Positions 34,101 to 49,100 of a stretch of DNA of 64,000 nucleotides are shown one piece after another. Source of the stretch: Obrimoposthia wandeli (Eukaryota); the NCBI GenBank assembly GCA_977020255.1, contig CDROCS010002076.1:1-64000 (forward strand), in the 5' to 3' direction. Numbering within the stretch: the stretch's first letter is position 1; each line of letters begins with the position of its first letter. The translations under genes and the position numbers were made by a program. The notes below the pieces were generated by a model. That model did not search any database, was not told the DNA's origin, and saw only the letters and a list, made by a program, of their open reading frames with translations.

Positions 34101-37100
34101 AATTTTTTTTGACTTCAATTCAAACTAAAATCTAAATTTCGGCTAAATTTTTATTGTAATTAAAAGCTTTTGTCTAATTAAATTATTTAACAAATTTTAC
34201 ATACATAAATGTATTATCTGGCCAATTTAGTTGAAAAGGCTTAGGCAGGTGGCTTTTGAGTTATATTATAGTATTGTTGAGTCTAGAGTAGTTTCCCTAC
34301 TTTAAAAGACTCAAGCTCATGAGTTATTAAATATATAGGACTTGTATGTAAGGCTTCCTCTGGTTATTCTCAGCCCTGACGGTTAATTAATTTAATAATA
34401 AACGTTTTGTATTGTTAAGACCTTAGGGAGTCCTTTGTAGATCTGAATCCGAGGTTTGTTTGATCGAATGACGCTAATTCTGGTACTTCTCTGCATTTTG
34501 ATCTGGTGATATTGTTGGTGGCAAAATTGTCGTCTTCTTCTTCTGAGGAAATTTGTCTACTATTGTGTTTCGTAGGAGAGAACAGTTTTCTTTATATGTT
34601 TCCGAGGCAGAAAATCGTCTGCATGATTTATTCTCTTTTTCTTTCTCTGCGACTGTGTTGCTTAGTTTTGCTACTTAATAGTTGTGTTACTGCTTCTTTC
34701 TGATAAACCCACTGTGTCTCGTGGTGCATCAGGTGACACCTTTAGTAATAAAGTTAGAGGTTATATGAGGTTTATTAACTACTCCATTTTTCAACGGGAA
34801 GTTAATTAATTCTTGTTTTTTTCACTAATTTTTCCGTTTCAATTTTAATCTATTTTTCAAGGATCCTAAAATGTGCTTGGCCGGAACTATTATTATAGCC
34901 AATTTATTTTTTTAATAATAAAATCGTCCATTTCTAAACCTTAACAGTATGAACAATTTATTAACCATAAAAACTTCAATGAAACAGTTTATTATTGTCT
35001 AAATTAGGATCAAACTTAATACATTATTGGAATAAAAAGTTAAAACCTAAAATATACACGACTACAAAATCTCAGATTAATAAATTATGATGTCAAAATA
35101 TCTGCATACTCCTAGACTATTTCTGGTCACCGTTGTAGGTCCCACAAACAGGGTTGTTGATTATTTATAAAAAATGGCCAGAACCATGACGAGTCTCTTA
35201 ATTTAACATTGATGTGTAAATTAAAAATTACGTGAAGTACGATTTTTATTTTAAGAGCTGAAGGTAAATTAGACAATTGGGGTTTTTCTTTAATTTTAAA
35301 ATTTGTTGATCATGCCTTTGTTGACTTTGCTTGGTTGTGTCGGCTTCAATGAATTTTTCGTCATGGCTAATCGTAAATTATGTCGTTCTTCTAGCCCGCT
35401 ATTTTAGGAATTTCGTCGGCCAATAAAGTGCTTCTTCTGTGACTAATTTAATCACGTTCCCCAATGCTGCCTCAACTTTCTTCTAACCTCATATCTCAAG
35501 TGTCTCGACTCAAACAAGCAGTATAAGTCACTTTAAGTTAGTTAACTCTATTTTAGATTTAATTAAGCTCCCTTTCTTTGATAAATTTCTGGTAATTTTA
35601 TTTTTAAAATTTAATTTCGCCTTTATTTGTATTTGGGCTGGACTATAATTATAGTTAATTTAATTTTATCAATTCCAATCGTCCTTTTCTGAAATCCAAC
35701 AATACTATATTTACTGTCAAATAGATTGTACATTTCATACATGTTTTTCCAGTTTCATTTTATTTTAGATGAAAATAATTCATTTTTGTTTCATAAATAA
35801 AATTATATAATTTAAATTAAAATTTGTCATTAAAACGGTTAATATTTAAAATATTGTATATTAATATGTTTATATAATCTAATTTAATCATTTTAATTAT
35901 TTAGACTAACAATGACAATCACTTTAGATTTAAAATTTCAGAAATATTATTGTAAATTACAAATAATAAATTATAATACATTATTAATATATTTTTAATA
36001 TTTATTTATTTGTGACCCATTTCACATTAAAAAGTTGTCAGTGAAAACTCGAGTCCTGGGTGAGCGTACATTTAGAGAACAGTTCATTTTAAATTATTTA
36101 GTAAATATATCAATTAATTTTCTTTGCTTCCATTATAATTTTACAGCTGTTTCTCTTAAATATCGGACGTAACTGTGATAACAAACGAATATATAATTTA
36201 AACAGATTAATTGAGGCTTTTTGATTGTAATATGTTTTTACAATTCTGAAGAAATTAAATAAATATTCAAAATAAATTTTACTAGATTAATGAGGTTAAA
36301 AAATATTTTAAATTTCAAAATGTTTTGTGAATGAACGTGTTTAAACAAATGTTTAAAATTACAAATATTTTCATATGTTTTAAATAAGTTTTAACTTTAG
36401 GTCATTTGGTATATAAATTAAACAGTATACGAAAGAAAAGCTAATTAATTTAATAAACTTTTCTATAGTAGCACTATTTTTAAAAAAATTAAATTTTTGC
36501 CCAAAAAGATTACACTATCCATATTTTTGTATGAAACTTTACAAGTTTATGCCGTAATGACTTGAAATTTAAATATGATAGAGATAACATGAATGTCAAT
36601 ATTTATTGAAAGACATTTTATTAAGTTTTGCCTTACTATATTTTGATGTTGATGACTTATTACTGATTAAGCAAAAATTTCTTAATCAGCACTAAGTAAA
36701 TTTAATCTGAATTTGGCTATTCGGGATTTGTTTTATGAATGTTGTTTTTAATAGCCAGACTTAATATAATTAGAACGGAGTTTTTTTTGTCATCATAATG
36801 TTGTTAATGATGTTTTGAGATAAAAAAGGGTGACGTGTAAAAAATTATGGTTTGGTAGTCAGTTGTGATTTAATATAAAAATTTCGAATTCCCTTCTCTA
36901 GAAGGTGTGGTTTATAGTATGGTTAATCCTAGTTGGATATGACAGCTAAAGATCCAAAGAATGGTACAATCACATGAAAAGAAATATTATATTTAAAAAA
37001 TTATCCCAAAAGTTATTCTTAGGAAATATTTTAATGCAAAATTTTAAAAAAGTCAAAATTTTATGAATAAGATTTTTTAAAATTAAACATGATCCCTTCT

Positions 37101-40100
37101 TTTCAATGACCTTCAAAAAAATCGATGTTCTTTTCAGAAACCTATGCCATTCTTTAATAATTGCGCGTTTGAGGCTCAACGTTTTCATAATTAGAATTTT
37201 GTATGTGAAATCTATTTGATAATATTCTCTAAATATTTACTATAATATTGAGGTGTGGATCCTTAGACAGCCAAGATATAAAATCGATATTATTTTTCTT
37301 CCCTCAATATATATATCTTTCCTGATGTAATTGTTAATCTGAATCTTAATGATTTAAAGTATAGAGAATCACTATTTTAAATTATTGAAGACTCATAATT
37401 GAAAGAAAAATATTTTCCTAAGGATTCTTTTCATAACTAAATTGGCCAGCAAAAAATTTCAAACTATAAATAAATTAAAATATCTTAGATTAAAATTCTT
37501 TATTGCATAGCAAAAAGGGATCATTTAATGTTTCGGCAGATTTGCAATAGTCAAATATATCTTGAAGGATTTTGATAACCCCTTCGGTACATCGGCTATT
37601 TCTTTCTAGTCCAAGAATTTCCAATCTTTTTTGTCCATGGTTCAGCTAAAAAAATTACAAAGATCAGTAAATTTAATCTTCGTATATCTGGCGTCAATAT
37701 AAATGCCAACAGTGTACAAATCGCTCTTGAATGCACATTGCATTACTAAAATGGAAAGCATTGTTATTTAGAAAAAAGAAATCACTTATGAAGGATGAAA
37801 ACCAAAAATTAGAGAAACAAAAAGAATTTAAAATATGTAAATATATGTTATCTAAATCTAATGATCACGCATTATTCAAAGACGCATTGTTTAATATGAT
37901 CTCTGACACAATAAACTGATGGTGCACAGTTAATTGTAGCTTGAACTAGATGGCACAGGTACTCTTCATATCAGTTCTTAAATAGAAAAGTCATCGACAT
38001 TTCTTTACAGATATTTATATTTCTGTAATTTCTTTTATGTAAATTCATTGAAAATCTAAAATATTCTGTCTTTCTGTTTCTTTTTGAATGTTTTCACAGC
38101 TTTATGTTTATCAATCGCTCCAATAAATCAACAAACCGTCGGCAAACCGTACAGCTGCTAGAATAATATTTAGGTCTGTATACGACAGTTAGAATGATGA
38201 AGTGAACTTTATATGAACTAGCTTTAGCAACTTCAACATTTATGTGTGTTCAAACAGATTTTGGAAAATTTGAATAAGTCCCGAAGATTTCGATTGGGTG
38301 TTTAGGTTAGCTTTCCATTCTCCAATCAGCAAAGCCTCACCGACAACTCTTTCACGATAACTTTAAAACCCTCTTTTTAAACGGTAAATTATTAGATTGT
38401 TCCCGTTTGCAACAACTCATATGGTGTACACACAAGGCCGAAGTTGCTATATCAAGCCTGAAAAAGTTTACAATTTAATCTAAACTGCATTTCCCAATGA
38501 CGGCTTTTGACTGAAATTAAATGTGTGGTTTACGCAGTTTTGTATTTCTAATGTTAAATGACATACCGCAAAACATCTCCTGCACAGTCACGCCTCCTCG
38601 TGCGGGACGAATGCTGGGACCGGACTGCCCAGTGGCTGCATCTGTCTGCCAGGATACTATGGGATGTACTGCGACAAGTGTCAAGACGGCTACTACGGTA
38701 ACCCCCTCATTGCGGTCTGTCATCCATGCGGTTGCTCCGCCGAGGGTTCAAGGTCAACTCTGTGTCACAAGGGCACCGGGAAATGCGAATGTGGCCCTGG
38801 CATCGAGGGAGACAAGTGCGATCAATGTGCTGTCAACCACGTCGTCCAGAACCGCACCTGCCAGAGTAGGTTTATTGGTGTGAAGGGAAACAGGTAACAG
38901 CAGCGCATCATTGAAATAATCTTTTAGGGTTAGTCTTTCATTCTGATTACGACGAAAAATAATTTTAATGCACCATCACGTCTAAAACATTTAAATTATG
39001 ATATATATCCTAACCAAAAGGCATTTTTCATTATTTTATTATTATTTAATTAAATTATCACTGTATTTTTAAAATATTATATATCAGAGGAAGAGATTAT
39101 TCTGGAATATGATATTACACATAGATAATATGAAATGCCGATGTCTAGAAAACATGTATCAATAAATCAGGATCAGTTAACTGGCTCAGTGAGATATTTG
39201 AATCTTTCTAAATGGTAATCTGAAATACTTGGCTTACGTTTGTAACAATGGAATATATTAGAAATTTCATGTTTTCGTAATAGTTTGCACCAAATAATTA
39301 ATTGTTATAACTAAATATACTATTTCATGTATATGTCAACTTGTTATTTTGTGTATAAAAATGTGTTGTCTGACCATGTGATGGATTTTTAGAACATTTC
39401 AGAATAAGCTAACAAATTTATACTAAAAAAATACTACAGTCAGATATCACCAATATGAAATTTTATATTATGAACAATTTTGGATTGTTGGATCCATAGA
39501 CCCACTTCCCCCGTTAATATAGGAAACGTAAAGTAAAAACATTCTAATAAAAAGCAAATTTAAAATTTACTCTTTCATATGAACACTTTAATTTTAAAAA
39601 TATTTTAGTAAATTTTAATAAAGAATGAAATGTTATTTTATTTGCTACAATTATGACTGGTCAAAAATTAGATTCGTTTGTTATTGGTAGATGTAGAAAT
39701 TTTGAGGTTTTAAAAGTATTAACCTAGAAAAACTGGGACTCGCATGTTCTAGTAATATACACTTTTTGATGACCTTATATTTTTTCCAGAAATGGCCTTA
39801 TACAATTAATGAAAGCATGAAAAAAATGAAATAATTTTTGTGTGTTTCTCTTAGATAATGCTACAATTTCCTCAGTTTATTTCCCTCCAAATACTACTTC
39901 TAAACTTCAACTCTTGAATCAGGATATTATCGAAGCTTTCAAAATGTACGGAGTTTTCGAAGATATTTTAACTGGGAAAGAAACAAGAAACCTCAAAATA
40001 CAGATTTATTTTCAAATATTTAAATAAACTTATGTATATTAGAGCATTTCATTTTTAATTTTTTCTTGATTACGCAAAATGTTTACGCAATTATGAACAT

Positions 40101-43100
40101 TCCTATTTTATGAAGGTCAGAGTTCATATTAGAAAGATCTTTCAATTAATGGATTTGAAACATTTAAGCATAGAGTCTTGCGTCGATATCTTTGCAAGCG
40201 GCGGCGGCGATGATTGAAATAAAAAGTTATGTAGCCATTTATTACGACTTATGATTTTCTTCGCTCTTACCGGTTGAATTTATATGTCGATATGCGATAT
40301 GGTTGTACTGTGACAGAACCATCAAAAAGTAAGGGGTTAAGAAATAAGTAAGAACGAATCAAACATATATACTGATAGAAACGCAAAATCAAAACAATAA
40401 GAAACAATTTAGGAAATTACTAGAGTGTGCATAAAGTCATATAAATGTAAATTCTGAATTAAAAAGTCATAATAGGAAAAATTATTTATTAGATTTTAAT
40501 TTAATATATATTGCTTATTATAATCTAATATATTTAACTTTTAGAAAAAATTTATTATTTCATATTATTTTTTTTATTTTTGACCAAGTTTTGTGAACTA
40601 TATGTAGTGTGTTTTTGTTTAAATACTTAGTAAAGAAAAAAACGCGCAGATTTGAATTGACGACATATTGGATTCGAGCGTTAGATTAATATATTCTTAT
40701 CCTACAAGCTATTTCGGCAATTTTTACTGGAAAACGAAAATGAAAAATTTGATGAAAGCAGTGGTTACAATCAGCAGGAAGGGGAGGGATTTTACAGAAT
40801 GGATGGAGAAAGTCAAAGTTATTGCTGCAGTATCGAAAGAGGATTTATGCACCGCGATGCCGCTACTATTGGATGGCCTAGCATACCAGGTTTGGGATAA
40901 CCTAGGTCTGGAGAAGAAGCAGGATCTAAGCGAGATTAAAAAAACGCCTGAACTCGCAATTTTGTGAAAAGGGAATTGATGCTTTTGAAATGTTGAGAGC
41001 GAAAGAATGGAAAGTTGGTGACAATGTGGATGATCTGTTTGGAGAAATAAGAAGACTATGCAAGAAAGCTGGATTTCCTGATAATGATGAGCTGTGTAAG
41101 TGTTCTTTTTAACAAGCTTATCATTGGAGGTAAAAATGCAACTGCGAACAATGGTAGAAACGGATAAAGTGGAAATGACTCAATTACTTGAGAAATCGAG
41201 AATATTGTTAGAAAATAGTTTTCAAGTCACGACATCCGTAAAGAGAGTTAATTCACAAACTGTCAACCGTCAAAGTATTGCGTGTTACAACTGTAACGAA
41301 AAGGGTCATTATTCAAAAGAATGTACGAAGGAAAGAAGATTAAAAAGATGTTTCAAGTGCGGTAAAAGTGGTCACATGGCTTATAATTGTTCAGCAGTTG
41401 TAAACTGCGTAGGAGAGCAGTAAGTGGCGCTAACTCTCCTAAATGCATGGTGCAACCTGTAATCGATGTTGTAGTAAATGGGAAAGTGGCTCGATCTTTT
41501 TTAAATCATGAAGAATTTGGTATACGAGACTCCAGATATTGTTAATAATGAATTGTTTTTGACTAAACACAAGAAGTTATTATGGATATAAACAATAATG
41601 ACATTTATCAAAATATTCAACATTTTTCAAATAAATGTATTTGTGTATTTATTTTCTTTGATTTACATTCAATTTAACTATTAAATTCTGTTCCAAAATT
41701 TGTCGCAAATTTCATTCGGTAGAGTTTATCTTCATGATATTCTATCTTAGAAAAGTTACAACAAAGAAATGAAAGTGTTCATAAAGTGCACTGAAACGCG
41801 CTCTACAATCAAAATTAGTTACAAAATAACTTCCTTGTTCATGTAATTTATAACTTCAAAACAAAATCCCTAACCTCTAATCTAAAATAAAGAATAAAAA
41901 AATAGAAAAGGCATTCATCAACGAGAAAAGGTGTAGATTTATTTCCAAGTCTTAAAAGAAGTCATAACAGAAGGTTTGATTAACTAAATTAAATCATTAA
42001 GAAGATTATTAAAGTAAAATTAAAACTCAAATGTATTTTAAATCATTGTAGGTTCCTTTATTAATACATAGGTAGTACAAAACAGAAACTTACATATTAG
42101 ATTAGACTAGTACATTAAAACTAAATCAACAACATCACGCTGGCATTTTAAAAATCGAAATAATTTAAACATCAACTTAGTAAAGAGAAAGATCGATGGA
42201 TCAACTCTAAATAATCGAGATGAATTGACCAGATTCAGTAGAAATTTAGAACAAGTACATTTTTGCAGAATTAGGACTTAGTTTCTTAAGATACTCTTCG
42301 TTTTCGTATTTTTAGAATCCTTTATTCAGCTTACTTGTTCTAGATTTCACTTCAAAGCAGAGGGCGGGAATCGAAGTGAATGTGGTTAGATTTTCCCTTG
42401 TGATTGTTCCAAACATCGCAGATTGCTACGAGGGTTGTACAAAAGTGTTGCTGGAGAATATAGACCAGATCCGCAACGAGTCCAGCAACCTGTCGAGGAT
42501 CCTTATTCCAAACCGTGAAGAGATCATTAGAAATATAAATGAATCAATTTCAGATTATCGCGAACAACTGGCGTGGCTGAAACGATTTATGGTCGTCAGA
42601 GCAACTGTTGAAAACATGACTTCCATCGTAAGTTGTCGATACTCTGACATTTTCTCTAACCGCACTTATTTGCTCAAAAGTAAATGGATTTTAAACCAAT
42701 TCAGCTTCTTTCCATTGATTCCTATCTTTTAATGATTAACAGTGTCAAATGCTGCAGATAGATCCAGAAGCATCATTAGTACACATTTTCCGTTTGTCAC
42801 AGATTTTAATACAAAGTCTCTACACTCAACAATGCCGTTTCATTCAAATCACAACTTCTGAAAGCTGATTAGTAAATAGTGAGAAAATGATTTATTTATC
42901 GAAACCAATTTTTAAAGAACTTCCTATAGAAATGAGTTTTGAAATCGGTTTAAACTTAAATTAGACAAAATTGTATTACTTATAGAAAAAAGTAGTAAAT
43001 CATACAGTTTCTGACCAGTTACAAGCTTTTCATTAGTTTATCTGAATTTAGCAATATTTGTTAAACTTTTCTTTAAAATGCTATAGGAAGCTAGAATATT

Positions 43101-46100
43101 TATAATTTGACAAATCATCATTATGTAACAATGAGAATATGACCTTTAATATTTACAATATTTATAAAAATAAAGATGCTCCATTTACAAATGCATATAA
43201 ATTGATAAAAAAAACGACCAAGTTCTGTAACATTCGAGTATTAAATATACAAATTATTTAAAATTAGCGATATTACTAAGAAGTTTTAAGATAAATATAT
43301 TATATTATTAATTGTGTGTATTATGTTTTTGTTGTTATTTTTCTAGTACCAAACTAAGAAGGAAAAAATCAATGAAGCTCTGAACAAATATTGGAAGATC
43401 CAAGATGAATACGTAAAAACTCTCGAGAGATTGAAAAGTAAGTAGCTATCAGAATCGAAAATATCACAAATTAAAAAATCGCATTCAATTTAACGTCAGA
43501 AATATTTATCTGTTTTATGAAACAATATTTTAAATGATAAAACTTGTGAAAAATTAAATTAAATTTAGTTATTTTGTTTTAATAAGATATTTGATAGCGA
43601 AAATCGAGTAAAAGCCTTCTACTTTTTTCAAGTCCTAAAATATTTTCATATGACCCAAATTATATATCAATAATAAAATGAATCCCATAAAATTTACAAA
43701 CATAAAATATTTTTTCTCATTTTGTTTTATTAAATCAATTTATTTTAAACATAATTTTAAAACCGAGTTTTGTAAGCTATTAAGGAAGTGTCGAAATTTA
43801 AATGAAGATATTGCTTTAAATACACAGTGCAACAGCAAAGTTTTCCCTGTAATGAAAAAAGTTGATAAGTTTTCTTGTCAAAGATGTCTGCTTTAAGCTT
43901 TTCCAAAAAACATGCAACAGTCATAACAACAAAGAATCCAATAAGAAAATATCCTTCTACTGATATAACTTCAAAGCTAACGTATGTGATTATTACTTTT
44001 CTGTTTAATTTTTACAGATTATTAATTAAACTGCTTGCAAAACATTTAAAGCGAAGCAGTCAATTCAATTTAAAGAAAAGTGCTAGTACAAATGAACATA
44101 TAATGAGATTCCATTGGCTGCTGATCAATGCCAGAATTGAAATCAATAATCTATTTGTTATTGAAAAAAGTATTTTATCACAAAAGTTCAATTATTTATA
44201 TGATCTTCTCGATAATATATGCATATGTGTTTCGAAATATACAGAGAAAAATCAGAGAAATAAAACATTTGAAATTTGGAATCTTTACAACAATTTAACG
44301 ATTGATATAAGAAACTCTATCGATGTGAAAAAATTTCATAAATTCACAAAAATATTCAAGGAAGCATGTATTTATTAAATGTAAACTCTGTAATAAATAT
44401 ATTATTGTAATATGTAATTGAAGCAAAAATAAGTTGGAAAAATCAGCATCTCTTTTGCAGTAGTCTGGAATTGGATTATCTAACTGCAAAATGTTTTTTC
44501 TTGAGCTTTAGAAATTTTTTTGATTGTGCAAAGACAGGACCCGATATATCGAAATGGATATTAATTTTGAATTTAGCATGTCAGAATTATTCATAATCAG
44601 CTCTAAAATCTTATACACAAACATTTGTGTTGGCCTGTCTTACAATTTTCTATTTTCCCGGTTGGAAAAGCAATATTTAAGTAATGCTCTAAAACAAATG
44701 GTCTTTATAACAATGGTCATCACAATTTTCTTACATGTGGAGTAGTTTTAGACTAATTTTGTGGTGTTGAATCCAATTCTGAACTCAAATTTTTTCATTT
44801 GAACATCACATTTTAGTTTTATCTTTATTTTACCAAAGATTAACTTTCCATCACTATTTCAGGGTTTTAGGATGTGGATTGCAACTTTCATGCTGATCTT
44901 TGTTGTTGTATTTTTCATGTGTTTGGTATACGAAAGTACCTCCATTCAGATGATCAGCTTGTTTATTTTAAAAATGTCGAAGGGCTTCTTCTCGCTATTG
45001 GAGTGCCTGCATTTGATTTAAGTGCTTGGAGACTTGTTAAAAGGACAATTCTAAAAGGAGCTTCAAATGTAAAACAAAATGAAACAAGAGTATGCCAACA
45101 TCAGATTCTTCTGGAGAGCTTGGGAAAGCTTTCTGTGGAATCCGCAAGGAGGTTACACAAAATACTCATGTTTCCTATGCAACTGGAACAGAAGGGCTAC
45201 AGTAGATCACTGGATGACAAATCTGCTTTTGATCCTTTTTGCACTCCAGTATACCGTGCCACTGCATCCTGTTGTCGGTTGGGTGTGGCTGTGAGCTCAG
45301 AGTCACGAGTTCATCCAATAATTTGTCTAAGCTTCACCAGGCCCTCTTCAAATTCTGGCTGATTGACGCCGCTTATTGAAGATAAGATGCAAAATCCTCC
45401 CACGCTCGCATCTAGTTTTGGCTCAGCTTGATAGACCAGTCTGCAGGAATTGCCCAATAATGCCTGCTGCTGACGTGGCTGGCTTCCGGAGGTGAAAACT
45501 CAACGGATGCAACTGGGATCCCCTCGTACAGCCTTCGTGACATTGGTCCTCAGCTTGATAGGAAAAAGATTGTCTTTCCCTTAATGCATATAAAACTGAT
45601 TTTGCGAAAACGATTCGTCAAAGGACATTGAGTGGAGATTGCTTCAGTTATTGCGCTGAAGATTTCATTATTTGTATTTTTCTCTAAAAAATTGAATGAT
45701 GAAAATGTAATATAATAACCATAAATAACCTGTTTCATATTAAATGCGGAAAGTTTTAAAGTTGCTCAATTAAACTACAATAATTTATTAATTTTTAAAA
45801 TGACAATTTTTTTTCAGATCTTACCAAAACAATTGATGGAATTATGTCTGATCAAAATAAGAAATCGATAAGCACCGGAGACATGATCATAAATGCTTCA
45901 CTTACTCTTCAAGAAATTACAATCATCTCTGACAACATTCCATCGATAGTCGAAGTTAAAGATTTGATAAAGTTAGATTTTAAATTATTATTTTTCCTAG
46001 AAAACGTTATTGTTTATTGTCAGTAGTGTATTTTTCTAAATAAAATTGATTAACTAAATTTTAACAGGAACCTCACAGAACATTTGAATCGTTTATACAA

Positions 46101-49100
46101 GCTAATCAATGGTACAGCAGACAATCTGAAAGGAGAAAACCTTGATCACATTGGAAATATGACTAGACAGCTCAAAGACGCCGAATCACTCAACACAGTC
46201 AACAAAGGGATTGTACGAGGATTAAACAAGAAATTAAAAGAATATGAGAAACAAAAAGTTAGTCGATTCGGAGAGATCAACTGAACTTACAATTTGTATA
46301 GGAATTTCATTTTGTTATTTTATTACCCAGGTCGTAGATGTTTTTGTTGTTGAAATAAAATATGAAAATAACATATGCTATAGTACGTTTTAAGTAAAGT
46401 ACGTTTGATGAATTTTTGGATGCTTAATTAAAATAATAAGCATACAAGTAGGTGGAAGGATGGAGTCTAGACCACTTGACCCCCCCCCTAAAGGGTGTCA
46501 CTCCATAAGGATGTCACACCATAAAAGGTGTCTTGCCATACCATAAGGGTATATGTTGCCTCACCAGAGGTGAGGCAACATATACCCTTATGGTGTGGCA
46601 AGACACCTTTTATGGTGTGACACCCTTTAGGGGGAGGGGGAGGTGGGGGGGGGTCAAGTGATCTAGACTCCATCCTTCCTTGATATACTACTATGGTCGT
46701 CCATAGTTTAAAGGGTCAAGTGGCTTAGTCTCCACCCATCTTTTTGTGGTCTAGTCTCCACCCATCTTTTTGTGGTCTAGTCTCCACCCATCTTTTTGTG
46801 GTCTAGTCTCCACCCTTCTTTTTGTGGTCTAGTCTCCACCCTTCTTTTTGTAATCTAGTCCATAATGAAAATTTATGATAAAGTTCACACTTAACAATTA
46901 AGAATGTATGACGTAATCATACACACACTATTCTATGTGAAAATCAAGGCTAAAGTTCACTCTTATCAGTTAAGGAATGTGGTTTTTAACACACACACTA
47001 TTCTATGTGAAAGTTTAGATCAAATTATTTTCCTAGGTTTTCACATTTATAGAATTATGATAAAATTTCTTTAAATAACTTCAATTATATATTAAAATAA
47101 AAATAAAATAAGAAAGAAGTCAGAGAATAATACAAAATTAAACACATTATTATGTAATTTCATAATATCATCTTCAAACTTAAGTGAATAACATTTACAA
47201 AGTAAGAAAGTCCATTCTTTATACATTCTTTTCGTTTCAACGACTAAGTTACAACGGAATTAATAGAAAATTAGTAAAAATATTAATTTATTTGAATATT
47301 TGAATGAGAGTTTGAATTAGAGAGAGGTAGAATGAATGTAAATGAATAAAATTATGCATGCAAGTATGAATGTCATTTACAAGTAAGAGGGTTTAGCAAG
47401 TGAATGTAATTTTTAAAAATAAGAGTGTCGATAGTTTGATTGAATGCAAGTGTAATTTAGACTATAAGTAAATTAAAATAGAGATTTTGTTGAATAAATT
47501 ATAGTTAGATTGAATGCAAGTATGACGAGCAAGTGATTGATAGTTTGAATTTTCAATACAAGTAAGTGGGTTTAGCAAGTGAATGTAATTTTTAAAAATA
47601 AGAGTGTCGATAGTTTGATTGAATGCAAGTGTAATTTAGACTATAAGTAAATTAAAATGGAGTTTTTGTTGAATAAATTATAGTTAGATTGAATGCAAGT
47701 ATGACGAGCAAGTGATTGATAGTATGAATTTCAATACAAGTAAGTGGGTTTAGCAAGTGAATGTAATTTTAAAAATAAGAGTGTCGATAGTTTGATTGAA
47801 TGCAAGTGTAATTTAGACTATAAGTAAATTAAAATAGAGATTTTGTTGAATAAATTATAGTTAGATTGAATGCAAGTATGACGAGCAAGTGATTGATAGT
47901 TTGAATTTTCAATACAAGTAAGTGGGTTTAGCAAGTGAATGTAATTTTAAAAATAAGAGTGTCGATAGTTTGATTTTTTTTTTAAATTACTTGATATTTT
48001 TTTTTGCCATTGTCCGTTTAATATAATATGAATATTCAATTTATTTCTTCAAAAATTCATTTTATATGTTAAATAATATTCTTTATCACATTATTGTGGT
48101 TTTTATCAAGTGATTTTAACCTTAAACTATAAAAATATTTTAATTATAAAGTTAGTTGCTGTACCCCGCCCACTGCATATAACATAAATTTCAAATATAA
48201 AGTACTATTAAGTTTATTATTTCGAATAGTAAATGTTTTTTTTTTTTGAGTTATTTAATTTTGTTTACTAGACATTCGAAAATTTACTTGTAAACATAAT
48301 ATAATTTTGCATATATTCACTTTAATATGTTGTAAGTTATTACTTTAATATAATTTACAACCAAAACTTCAAATAGTTTACTTAATAATCATAATATTAA
48401 TGATTTGTACGATAAATTGACTTGTAAACATAATATATTTACAACAACAAACTTCAAGTAGTTACTTATTAAACATAAGTTTAATGTTTTGTACAATAAA
48501 TTGACTTGTAAACATAATTTATTTTGATATATTTTCAATTTAATATGTTGTAAGTTATTACTTTAATATAATTTACAACAAAAACTTCAAGTAATTTACT
48601 TGTAAACTACAATATTTATTTGTTGTTGTATATATTTAGTTTAAAATGTTGTAAGTTATTACTTTAATATAATTTTCAACAAAAACTTCAAGTAGTTTAC
48701 TTATTAAACATAAGTTTAATGTTTTGTACAATAAATTGACTTGTAAACATAATTTATTTTGATATATTTTCAATTTAATATGTTGTAAGTTATTACTTTA
48801 ATATAATTTACAACAAAAACTTCAAGTAATTTACTTGTAAACTACAATATTTATTTGTTGTTGTATATATTTAGTTTAAAATGTTGTAAGTTATTACTTT
48901 AATATAATTTTCAACAAAAACTTCAAGTAGTTTACTTATTAAACATAAGTTTAATGTTTTGTACAATAAATTGACTTGTAAACATAATTTATTTTGATAT
49001 ATTTTCAATTTAATATGTTGTAAGTTATTACTTTAATATAATTTTCAACAAAAAACTTCAAGTAGTTTACTTATTAAACATAAGTTTAATGTTTTGTACA

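Noticed and set aside
31900-36056. 17-bp inverted match ctcgagttttcactg / cagtgaaaactcgag as TIRs of one element
   Set aside because: The orientation is outward-facing; at best these are ends of two separate small elements whose partners I could not find
46488-46673. Pro-rich 61-aa ORF
   Set aside because: By-product of the terminal palindrome and G-runs
46726-46860. 26-bp repeats (and the A/B array at 48445-50059) as a CRISPR array
   Set aside because: Units are head-to-tail with no unique spacers, there are no cas genes, and the context is a eukaryotic intron
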